In this document: piece by piece, positions 6,909-15,107 of the stretch
Layout: the number at the start of each line of letters is the position of its first letter
How positions within the stretch are numbered: position 1 is the first letter of the stretch
Translations under genes and position numbers: made by a program
Origin: an uncultured archaeon
Lineage (GTDB): Archaea > Asgardarchaeota > Thorarchaeia > Thorarchaeales > CAZPUN01
Length of the DNA: 32,000 nucleotides
NCBI GenBank assembly: GCA_964589775.1
Contig: CAZPUN010000020.1
Location: forward strand, 30,118-62,117
Direction of reading: 5' to 3'
The notes under the pieces: model-generated
Told to the model about the DNA's origin: nothing
The model's database searches: none
Seen by the model: the letters and a program-made list of their open reading frames with translations, nothing else

Positions 6909-9547
6909 TATTGAACCCTCCTGAAATAGTTGTTTCCTGCACGCATTATCATTTTACCATCCTTAAATTCATATTCGATAATGTATTTCAAATCATGATC
7001 ATTAATATCCCTAAGACGTACAACATAGCTCTGTACATATAGATTTCCTAATGCTTTTGCACCATGTTCAATAATGGATGCGATCATATCTTCTTTTGAT
7101 GTCAATCCAAGTTCTGACAAAACTGGTAACTTGTTTTCCTTCAATAATTTGATTTTATTCTCGATTTCTCTTTGAATTCGGATTCGCTCAGATGAAATTT
7201 CATTGTATAGATTTCCAATTACATCAGCAATAATCTCGAAAGTGTATAGTCGCTCAGGAGGTAAAGGCTCCTTAGGTAATGGAAGATCTTTCAATTCCTC
7301 AGGAACAACATAAGATGCGCGAACCTCATCTAATGTAGGAACATGAACTGAAGAGGGATCTGGAAACTCAGGTTCCGGCGGGGGCTCCTCCCCAATTTCT
7401 AAAGCGGCTCTAACCTGTGCCTGATAAAGCTCTTTAGCTTGCTGCAATTCAACTGATAATTTTTGCTTCTCATCCATGGCTTTCTTGAGAGCTGTTTCAT
7501 AGATCTGCTGAATTTCTTTTTCACGTGCCCAGCGTCTCTTTTCATTCTCTTGTTGGACTTTTTGCACTTCAGCCTCCCAAGCCTCTATCAGTTTATCGTA
7601 TGTAGTACGTAATAGCTTGGCTTTCTGAAGAATTGGAGTGACTGTATCTTCAAGAGTGATTATTTGCTCAGATGAGTTCTTGAGAAATGCGAACCATTCA
7701 TTTAAAACTGTTAATAGTTCCCCATCAATATTTGTCTTTCCAAACAAATCTAAAAGATTTTGAATATCATGCATTTCAGATTCTGATACATCAAAATCTT
7801 GGGCAATAATTGACATTGCTGAAACAAATTCACTTGAACTTTTAATATCCATATTAAGATCAAGCAACCGCGATATCGTCTCCCTTGAACTTAAAAGATC
7901 AAGTATATGAGGCGAAACTCCAGACAATCTAGCTTTAATTTCATTTAGAATTGTTTTTGCATCTTCAATATCAGCCGCAGATACTCCGGGTTTGTCTACA
8001 ATTGAGCTGTCATTCTCAATTTTATCTAGGGAGATATTTATGAATTCATCTAGTGTAATTAGATCATCTATCTTTAGTGAATTCATCTTTTCAAATACAC
8101 GAGATAAAATGTTCAAACTGATTTCTACAGGAGTTTTATTAAATTGACCATAATAGTCTACACGACCAAGTTCAGAGATAATATTCTCATCAAAATAATT
8201 TTTCAGCCTATCCGAAATTATATCATGAACTGATTGTGTATCTTCGAAACTTGGTTGAATATTCTCAGTAATATTATCGATTATCGCCTTAGTCATACTC
8301 ATAATTAGGAATCGTTTCAATTCATATGCAAAATAGGAAGCCACTTTCTGAGCGTAGGAAGTGAAATAGACCAGAGTACCCTTTAATTGCCATGCTTTAA
8401 ATGAATTGGAAGAATCAAGTACTTTGTAAGACTTGATTAAATTCTGGGCAAATAATAGAGCAATGCCACGCTTAATTCCATCAAACTCTGAACCACGAGA
8501 TTTTATTTCTTCTTGTAATTTATTAATATGGTCTTCAGGAGTACCTTCAAACCCACTTCGAAGATGTTCGTCAACAAGATCTTTGAAAGATTCGCTCGCG
8601 GACTTGAACTCTTCTGCATATTCGTTTGCAGCCTTAAAATATGTGTCCAGCGTCGTTAATTTTAGATTCGAAAAATCAATAAAACGCATAAATCCTTCAA
8701 CAGCAATTTTTATAATATCAATCTCTTCTTGCGTGTAGGAATACTTGTTTATGAATTCTAAAATTTCTCGACCTGCAGAAGGTATATAAACAGCCAAATT
8801 CTGAATAGCTGATAAGCCAAGTAATCTGTATCGTAGATGTTGTAATGCTTTTGATTTTACCTTAAATGGATTGAGAAACGTGATATTATCAATTTTATCA
8901 ACAATTGATGCTGCAGGTCTAAATGAGTAATCTTCTAAGTAAGAACCTTGAACTTCTAAATCAACATCAACATCTGTAATTCTCAATTTTCGTGTATCAT
9001 AGTCTTCTTGATATTCACGGTCCATAACATTACTATAGATTATTGTGGCAAAACGATCTGCAAATGTCGAAAGAACCGATAATTTTTGATCTTCAGATAA
9101 ACCAGATAATTCGGAGGCAATATCAATATCATTCATCTTTCGTGTAATTGCATCGCCATCTAATATTAACTTTCTAGGGTCTACAATGCCGCGCTCCCAT
9201 TCTAAAACAGTGAGAAAACCACTTGTTTCCAAAGAACTACCGCGAGTCAATAGCAAGGTTTCTGGAAAAATTCTATGACTTGATTCGCTCATTATTTTCC
9301 ATTCAATCGATTCCAACTCGAATTGCGATGACTTTTTCAAACTTTCATAAATGAAATTAAATATCGACGAAATACTCATAACAACATCTTCAGCTCTATT
9401 GGACAGTTCTCGCCCAGCTCCACGAGCGCCACCAATTGATGACCCATCCTTTGTAGTATAACCAATTATTGCTGCGGAAGCACGCCTAATCTCTTCCACT
9501 GTGCTCGGTGATGAAACACTTTTCTTCGAGACCCTAGTTATGGACAA
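6908..9547 (-). CDS. Large (879 aa) hypothetical protein: alpha/beta N-terminus, long helical body, coiled-coil + Pro-rich segment
   Basis: Long ORF, TTG start with a strong GGAGGAG RBS; family not recognised. Confidence 0.85.
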   Translation of the reverse strand: MSITRVSKKSVSSPSTVEEIRRASAAIIGYTTKDGSSIGGARGAGRELSNRAEDVVMSISSIFNFIYESLKKSSQFELESIEWKIMSESSHRIFPETLLLTRGSSLETSGFLTVLEWERGIVDPRKLILDGDAITRKMNDIDIASELSGLSEDQKLSVLSTFADRFATIIYSNVMDREYQEDYDTRKLRITDVDVDLEVQGSYLEDYSFRPAASIVDKIDNITFLNPFKVKSKALQHLRYRLLGLSAIQNLAVYIPSAGREILEFINKYSYTQEEIDIIKIAVEGFMRFIDFSNLKLTTLDTYFKAANEYAEEFKSASESFKDLVDEHLRSGFEGTPEDHINKLQEEIKSRGSEFDGIKRGIALLFAQNLIKSYKVLDSSNSFKAWQLKGTLVYFTSYAQKVASYFAYELKRFLIMSMTKAIIDNITENIQPSFEDTQSVHDIISDRLKNYFDENIISELGRVDYYGQFNKTPVEISLNILSRVFEKMNSLKIDDLITLDEFINISLDKIENDSSIVDKPGVSAADIEDAKTILNEIKARLSGVSPHILDLLSSRETISRLLDLNMDIKSSSEFVSAMSIIAQDFDVSESEMHDIQNLLDLFGKTNIDGELLTVLNEWFAFLKNSSEQIITLEDTVTPILQKAKLLRTTYDKLIEAWEAEVQKVQQENEKRRWAREKEIQQIYETALKKAMDEKQKLSVELQQAKELYQAQVRAALEIGEEPPPEPEFPDPSSVHVPTLDEVRASYVVPEELKDLPLPKEPLPPERLYTFEIIADVIGNLYNEISSERIRIQREIENKIKLLKENKLPVLSELGLTSKEDMIASIIEHGAKALGNLYVQSYVVRLRDINDHDLKYIIEYEFKDGKMIMRAGNNYFRRVQ

Positions 9548-9613
9548 AATATACTCCTCCGTTTTTTGTCGTTCTATAAATGTATAATAGTGAAACTAGA
9601 TAAAAAGTATTTC

Positions 9614-10576
9614 TCAAGTTTTCAATACCCAAACGTTCTTTTCCAATTCCGAAACAAGTCCAGCCGTTGTAAGAAATCTTAATGCCACTAGGATTGTTGT
9701 TCTAAGACCTACACGATAAATTCGCGGAATCGGAAATAGACCCATGACATATAGATCATTTTCAATTTGGTCAAGGTCCGCACTACCACGAGTTTCCAAA
9801 ATATCCAAAATCGATTTCTGTAGAGTTTTTACGCCTTCAATACTTTGCTTAATTACACCCTTTGCATCATCAAATACGTATGTTTCATCATGAGTGGGTA
9901 AAACATAGTCAATATTTATCTTAGAAAGTGCATTTAATGTATTCAACTTTCGTACAAAATCACCAGTTAAATCCATATAGAATAATTCAGGATGATTTGG
10001 AATTTGCGCAAATTCATCCCCAGAAAAGACAAGTTTTTCGGATGGCGAATACAAGATTATATGATCGTTCGAGTGCCCTCCAGAATATATAACAGCAAGT
10101 TTCATGGCACCAACAATAATTTCGGACCCATGAGATACTGTTTGATCAACATTTACAGGTGGAAAATCAAAATTCAATGGATGCCCGGGTCTTTTAGGTA
10201 ATGATGCTTCGATAAATCCAATTGCAAATCGCTTCTTGTATGCCTTTCTGGGATCTTTCAATGTTTCTACAGCATTTTCGTGAGCGATAATTTTTGCTTT
10301 TGTCTTTTTAGCTAGCCATTTTAGTCCGCCTGCATGCATTGGATGTGAATGAGTAATTACAATCTGTGTAACATCTTTTTCCGGATTTTTACCGAGATCT
10401 TTTATGGCATCAATAATTGCATTTTTTGGAAAATCTGTCGAACCTGCATCAATAATAGTTACTTTATCTTCAACAATTAGATATACTGAGCTGTAACCGA
10501 CATCGCTCTGAAAATGCCCATAAATTCGGTAAACGTTATCTTTAATTTCCATTAATGACAAAGCTTCCCACCACAT
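9614..10576 (-). CDS. MBL-fold metallo-hydrolase with C-terminal winged-helix-like domain
   Basis: IIDAG, THSHPMHAGG, GGHSNDH, FSGD and PTHD motifs; C-terminal ALRFLTTAGLV..E...W. Confidence 0.88.
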   Translation of the reverse strand: MWWEALSLMEIKDNVYRIYGHFQSDVGYSSVYLIVEDKVTIIDAGSTDFPKNAIIDAIKDLGKNPEKDVTQIVITHSHPMHAGGLKWLAKKTKAKIIAHENAVETLKDPRKAYKKRFAIGFIEASLPKRPGHPLNFDFPPVNVDQTVSHGSEIIVGAMKLAVIYSGGHSNDHIILYSPSEKLVFSGDEFAQIPNHPELFYMDLTGDFVRKLNTLNALSKINIDYVLPTHDETYVFDDAKGVIKQSIEGVKTLQKSILDILETRGSADLDQIENDLYVMGLFPIPRIYRVGLRTTILVALRFLTTAGLVSELEKNVWVLKT

Positions 10577-10656
10577 TAATATGTATAAACATGTTCCTTA
10601 TATTGATTTTCAATTGATAAAGGAGTTGCCAAAAACTGAAGCGCTTTACGGTAGAA

Positions 10657-11715
10657 ATGGTTACAAAATTAATAAAAGAATCACGCGAACAGCTCGGATT
10701 TAACAAACATGGACATCCAAGTGTGGATGATGTCATCTATGATGCAGAATCAGATACATTATACATTATAGTTCCCGATAGACCAGAAAAAAGCGCAATA
10801 GTAGGAAAGGGCGGTTGGGCAATAGCTGAGTTGCGTAAGAAGTTAGATGTATGGAGTGTATCTGTACATACTACGATAGATCTGACAATTAAAAAAATGC
10901 GAGTACAGAATAGTATCAATTATTTAAAGAATGAACTAAAAGACCATCTAAAACCACAAGTACACGAATGCCTATTAAAAACAATATTACCATTATTAGA
11001 AGATGAATTGAAATATCCATTAAATAAGAGAAAAATAAATCCGATCCATGAATGTAATATAAAAGTTGGAGTCGCACTTTCAGATGGCCCAGACAGTATG
11101 GCAACATTAGCACTTGCAAAAAGAATCGGACTCAACCCAGATGCTTTCACGGTTGATTTAGGACCGTTATTTATACCACCTAAAGTTAACAAAAGAATTG
11201 ATGAAATACTTGCTGCACACGATATTAATAGGTATTTTATACCAAGACCGACAGGACATACGGAAATTCAAGAAAAAGCACGAAAAGGAAGAATTCATCC
11301 ATGTGGTGCATGCCACGATCTAACAACTCAAGCATTGTACAATTATGCTAAAGAAAATAAATATGACATAATAATGTTTGGAGAATTTTTACCTACTGGC
11401 CGATATGCGTTTGAAATCATAGATAATGATCTCTTGCGAATTAACTTACCCGCAGCTCTTGCATTGAATAAAATTGATACGATCAAACTTGCCGAAAGCA
11501 TGGGTGTTGACAAAATTTCAGGAAAATTTGGTTGCCAATTCTTGAATATGGTGCATATTGTGTATCCCGAGATGCGATACCCTTCAATAAAAAGAGTACT
11601 TCGAGAGGCACACGCAGGAGTATTACCACCATCAATCGCTTTGAAATATATAAAAAGTATAATAGTACATCGTAAAAATCCAAAAGCAGAAGCAAAGTTC
11701 CGAGGCGAAGGATAA
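10657..11715 (+). CDS. KH-domain + PP-loop ATPase (archaeal COG1365-like)
   Basis: PDRPEKSAIVGKGGW (KH-type GxxG loop), VALSDGPDS PP-loop, HPCGACH, RINLPAAL and FGC. Confidence 0.8.
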   Translation: MVTKLIKESREQLGFNKHGHPSVDDVIYDAESDTLYIIVPDRPEKSAIVGKGGWAIAELRKKLDVWSVSVHTTIDLTIKKMRVQNSINYLKNELKDHLKPQVHECLLKTILPLLEDELKYPLNKRKINPIHECNIKVGVALSDGPDSMATLALAKRIGLNPDAFTVDLGPLFIPPKVNKRIDEILAAHDINRYFIPRPTGHTEIQEKARKGRIHPCGACHDLTTQALYNYAKENKYDIIMFGEFLPTGRYAFEIIDNDLLRINLPAALALNKIDTIKLAESMGVDKISGKFGCQFLNMVHIVYPEMRYPSIKRVLREAHAGVLPPSIALKYIKSIIVHRKNPKAEAKFRGEG

Positions 11716-12179
11716 TTACAACAGGTGCATATATTCTAATATTGAAATTAAGTGAAGAAAAAACAATTCAAATTGGAAAGTTAGGAACATACAGATTCCG
11801 TAAAGGATTTTATATCTATGTAGGTTCAGCAATGGGAAAATATTCAACTTCTTTATTTGGTAGGATCAACAGACATATATCAGAGCAAAAGAAAAAATTC
11901 TGGCACATCGACTTTTTGCTTATGCAATCAAAAATTATGGATATATTTTGGGTAATTTCCAGAGAAAATATCGAATGCGAATTAAATAAACAGATTTTAA
12001 ATTGTAATGTACAGATACCAGTAAATGGATTTGGCTCGTCAGATTGCAAATATCACTGTAAAGCACACTTGAGTTTTACAACAGATTATGATAAAATCAG
12101 ATACTGCATAAAACAAATAATAAGTAAATATGGAGAGTTTGGCATTTTCAATCTAGCCAGACCCAATAATACTAATTAG
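11712..12179 (+). CDS. GIY-YIG/Uri superfamily nuclease (DUF123)
   Basis: GAYILIL...IGKLG...GFYIYVGSA...RINRH...FWHIDFLL...EC...GFGSSDC..HCKAHL. The frame stays open and homologous upstream of the TTG at 11742; the exact start is uncertain. Confidence 0.88.
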   Translation: MITTGAYILILKLSEEKTIQIGKLGTYRFRKGFYIYVGSAMGKYSTSLFGRINRHISEQKKKFWHIDFLLMQSKIMDIFWVISRENIECELNKQILNCNVQIPVNGFGSSDCKYHCKAHLSFTTDYDKIRYCIKQIISKYGEFGIFNLARPNNTN

Positions 12180-12767
12180 TTCAGATAATCTATTTTTGAC
12201 TTCATTTTCAACAATCTGTAGCTGAGCTAGTTCATGTAGATAATCCAACCGCTTCGCACGATATTCATCCTTTGTTATTTTATCACTCTTAGCAAGTTGG
12301 TCAAGCTTCCGAAGCTCTTCATCAATTTCAGCCCTACGCCTATCAATATTTTCAAATGATGATTTAAGTGCAGTCCATTCAACCATTGCTTCAGCACGCC
12401 TTTGCATTTCTTGACGCCTAAGTTCTCGCTGCCTTTTAAGTTCCGCTTCTTGCTGTTTGGATAACTCCTTAGCAATCTTTATGTTATCAAGAAGTTCTTG
12501 AAGACGTACTTCCAATTCACGCTTAATTTGAATTATATTAACAACCTCAGACCACACTTCACGATATATTTTGTTATGTTGCTCTTCTGTGATCTCTTTA
12601 CGCTCTAAAGCAATATCATTCTCATTGAGCTTTTGTTGTAATTCCTGCAACTTTGTAATAATTTCATTTAAGCTCTTTCTAAGGGCTGTGTATTCTACTG
12701 TCGATTCGGCAATCGCAAGAGCTGGATCCTTTATTACGTGATCATCTATTTTTTTATTCTTACTCAT
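12153..12767 (-). CDS. Coiled-coil protein with two 'EITEEQH/KITKDEY' hairpin motifs (CdvA C-terminal/SHOCT-like)
   Basis: 204 aa, all-helical heptad pattern, internally duplicated unit. Confidence 0.7.
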   Translation of the reverse strand: MSKNKKIDDHVIKDPALAIAESTVEYTALRKSLNEIITKLQELQQKLNENDIALERKEITEEQHNKIYREVWSEVVNIIQIKRELEVRLQELLDNIKIAKELSKQQEAELKRQRELRRQEMQRRAEAMVEWTALKSSFENIDRRRAEIDEELRKLDQLAKSDKITKDEYRAKRLDYLHELAQLQIVENEVKNRLSELISIIGSG

Positions 12768-12842
12768 ATAAAGTCCCCAATAATAATTATGTACAAGTTA
12801 CTATAAAAATTATCTTTAAAATAAAAAAATGAAAAGCATAAA

Positions 12843-13064
12843 TTATTTTTGGATTTTCATTGGAATTGCAACATATAAAATGTCTTCATAACCTACAATA
12901 CCATAGCCATTCTTATTTTGAAGTACTACTCTATCAGGATGTACTTCAACAACTATAACATTTACAATTTTGACAAGTTCGCCTTTCATTACACCACGAA
13001 TATAAACAGTACATGTAACTCTACGTTGCTTCAAGTCTTCAAAAACTTCCATCCAATTCGTCAA
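12843..13064 (-). CDS. Small beta-barrel protein (Sm/Lsm- or SH3-like)
   Basis: N-terminal helix followed by about five strands: VTCTVYIRG...IVVEVHPDRVVLQ...GIVGYEDILYVAI. Confidence 0.6.
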   Translation of the reverse strand: MTNWMEVFEDLKQRRVTCTVYIRGVMKGELVKIVNVIVVEVHPDRVVLQNKNGYGIVGYEDILYVAIPMKIQK

Positions 13065-13123
13065 TTAAACACATCCCCATACAGCTATTTTGTATCATAT
13101 TATGTAGATTATGAATATAAGTA

Positions 13124-13402
13124 TTAGCAAGCAAGCGAACAAATTTCATTATTATTACTTAATATAAATTGATAAAGGGCTGATTTTACATCATCAAAAC
13201 TAGGAAGACCTGAAAATTCTAAATCGCCAATTTTTATTAAAGGTACAGAATAGATGTCATCTCGGGATTTATCAGCGTCAATTATGTATAATGCAGGTCG
13301 AACTTCGGAGGGAAATGCACGAATAGCATTCAATACAATTTTAATAGCCGCTTCGCAGAATATACACTTTTCGCCTGTATAGATAAATACTTTCTTTTTC
13401 AT
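13124..13402 (-). CDS. Thioredoxin/glutaredoxin-like protein
   Basis: VFIYTGEKCIFC (CxxC), SVP cis-Pro motif, FSGLP; ATG 13402 is preferred as the start. Confidence 0.82.
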   Translation of the reverse strand: MKKKVFIYTGEKCIFCEAAIKIVLNAIRAFPSEVRPALYIIDADKSRDDIYSVPLIKIGDLEFSGLPSFDDVKSALYQFILSNNNEICSLAC

Positions 13403-13524
13403 ATTAGACTCACTATTAGTAGGTGATTGATGAATATAATATATAAACACCACAAATAATAGAAAAACCATGAGAAATTGAAACTTAATTGTTTTACGAA
13501 ATCCATGAAAAATAATAAAAAATA

Positions 13525-14244
13525 TTAATCAAAAAAGTGGCTTTCAAGGTTACTTTGTGTAAAAATACGTTCATCGGTATAATCAACATCCATATCAAAT
13601 ATATGCTCGGTATTAGATTCAGAATATATTTCGGAAGCACATTTTTCACATAGAAGACCTTTTACGGTATTTAAGGCAACAATCGATTCACAACGAATAC
13701 AAACCCACATACCAGCTTCTAATAGCTTTGTCTTACGGACAACAGCTTTTGCAATTTCTCTTAATGATGGCGGGCATTTTTCGGAAATTCCAGCAATTCC
13801 ATTTTCATCCCATTTACATATCAAAGAAACAAGCGTAGTAAGAAGTTCAATTAATTCCGTAATGATTTGATCTATGTGTTCTTCATCAGATTTCCTTCTT
13901 TTAGTGGGTGACGCATTTTTCAGAATTTCGAGAAACGCAAAAAATGCAGGATGTGGTATCTTAGGAGGCGCTGAAGTGTCGGCCATTTGCCCTAATACTG
14001 CAGAGATCAATAATGTTTGAGATAAACTATAATTTAGATATTTCAAAATTTCATTATATACATCAATTGGTGAAATATAGAATTCTTTATCGGAAATACC
14101 ATGCTCTTTTGCAATAGACTTAACTGTAAATACAATATCATTCCCGGTTTTTAATTTATTTTGCACTAAATTTAATGTATTTTGATAATCTAGTTTAATT
14201 TCCTGTGCCAACTTTTGAACTAATTGCCTTGCAGTAAGTATCAC
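13525..14244 (-). CDS. Hypothetical helical protein with C-terminal Zn ribbon
   Basis: CIRCE...LCEKC; GTG start; acidic tail. Confidence 0.75.
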   Translation of the reverse strand: MILTARQLVQKLAQEIKLDYQNTLNLVQNKLKTGNDIVFTVKSIAKEHGISDKEFYISPIDVYNEILKYLNYSLSQTLLISAVLGQMADTSAPPKIPHPAFFAFLEILKNASPTKRRKSDEEHIDQIITELIELLTTLVSLICKWDENGIAGISEKCPPSLREIAKAVVRKTKLLEAGMWVCIRCESIVALNTVKGLLCEKCASEIYSESNTEHIFDMDVDYTDERIFTQSNLESHFFD

Positions 14245-14411
14245 ATCTTTACGCCTCTATATTGCCCGCATTTTTTATTCAAATAAATTATTGTATTATA
14301 TTATAAAATAGATTTCTATTGGTATATATATTATTGGTATTCATCAAAAATCACTAGATAGATAAGAGAAATACTTTTGACCAGAATAAATTAATTATTT
14401 TATGAACTAAT

Positions 14412-15107
14412 ATGGAAATTCTGACTGGAAAAAACATATCAAAAATCTATAATAAGAAAAATCGAAAGATCACTGCGGTAAAAAACGCAAACATTTCAGT
14501 AAATGCTGGAGAATTAATCATAATATTTGGGATCAGCGGGTCAGGAAAAAGTACGTTACTAAGAATATTAGGTACTATCGAAAAACCAACAACGGGAGAG
14601 TTAATAATCGACAGTAAGAATATAACAGACACCTCATATGCGGAACTAGCAAAAATTCGAAGACATACCATAAGTTTTGTATTCCAAAAACACAATTTAA
14701 TGCCATATCTCACAGTATATGAAAATTTATTATTACGCACTGCAATAGCCGGAATTCCAAAGAATGAAGCAAAAAAACGCATAGAGCATGAACTAAAAGA
14801 ACTTAACATTCTCAATTTAATTGATCGATATCCGGATGAAATTTCCGCGGGTCAATATCAGAGAGTGGCAGTAGCACGTGCAATAATTACAAATCCAAGA
14901 ATAATTTTAGCGGATGAGCCTACTGCTATGCTAGATGAAAATATGGCAAAAACGCTAATGGACATTTTACAAAAAATCGCAATAGAGCGTAATTGTGCAA
15001 TAATTATGACATCTACAAAAACAAATATTCTTAACTACGCAACAAAAATGTACGAAATGAAAAATGGAATTTTAAAATTAAAACAAGATGTGAGAAATAA
15101 TGGATGA
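14412..15107 (+). CDS. ABC transporter ATP-binding protein (LolD/MacB-like)
   Basis: Walker A GISGSGKST, Q-loop FVFQ, signature ISAGQYQR, Walker B ILADEPT. Confidence 0.92.
   Translation: MEILTGKNISKIYNKKNRKITAVKNANISVNAGELIIIFGISGSGKSTLLRILGTIEKPTTGELIIDSKNITDTSYAELAKIRRHTISFVFQKHNLMPYLTVYENLLLRTAIAGIPKNEAKKRIEHELKELNILNLIDRYPDEISAGQYQRVAVARAIITNPRIILADEPTAMLDENMAKTLMDILQKIAIERNCAIIMTSTKTNILNYATKMYEMKNGILKLKQDVRNNG

Noticed and set aside
11712-12179. Homing endonuclease / mobile element
   Set aside because: Motifs match the resident archaeal DUF123 family; no intron or element boundaries seen.
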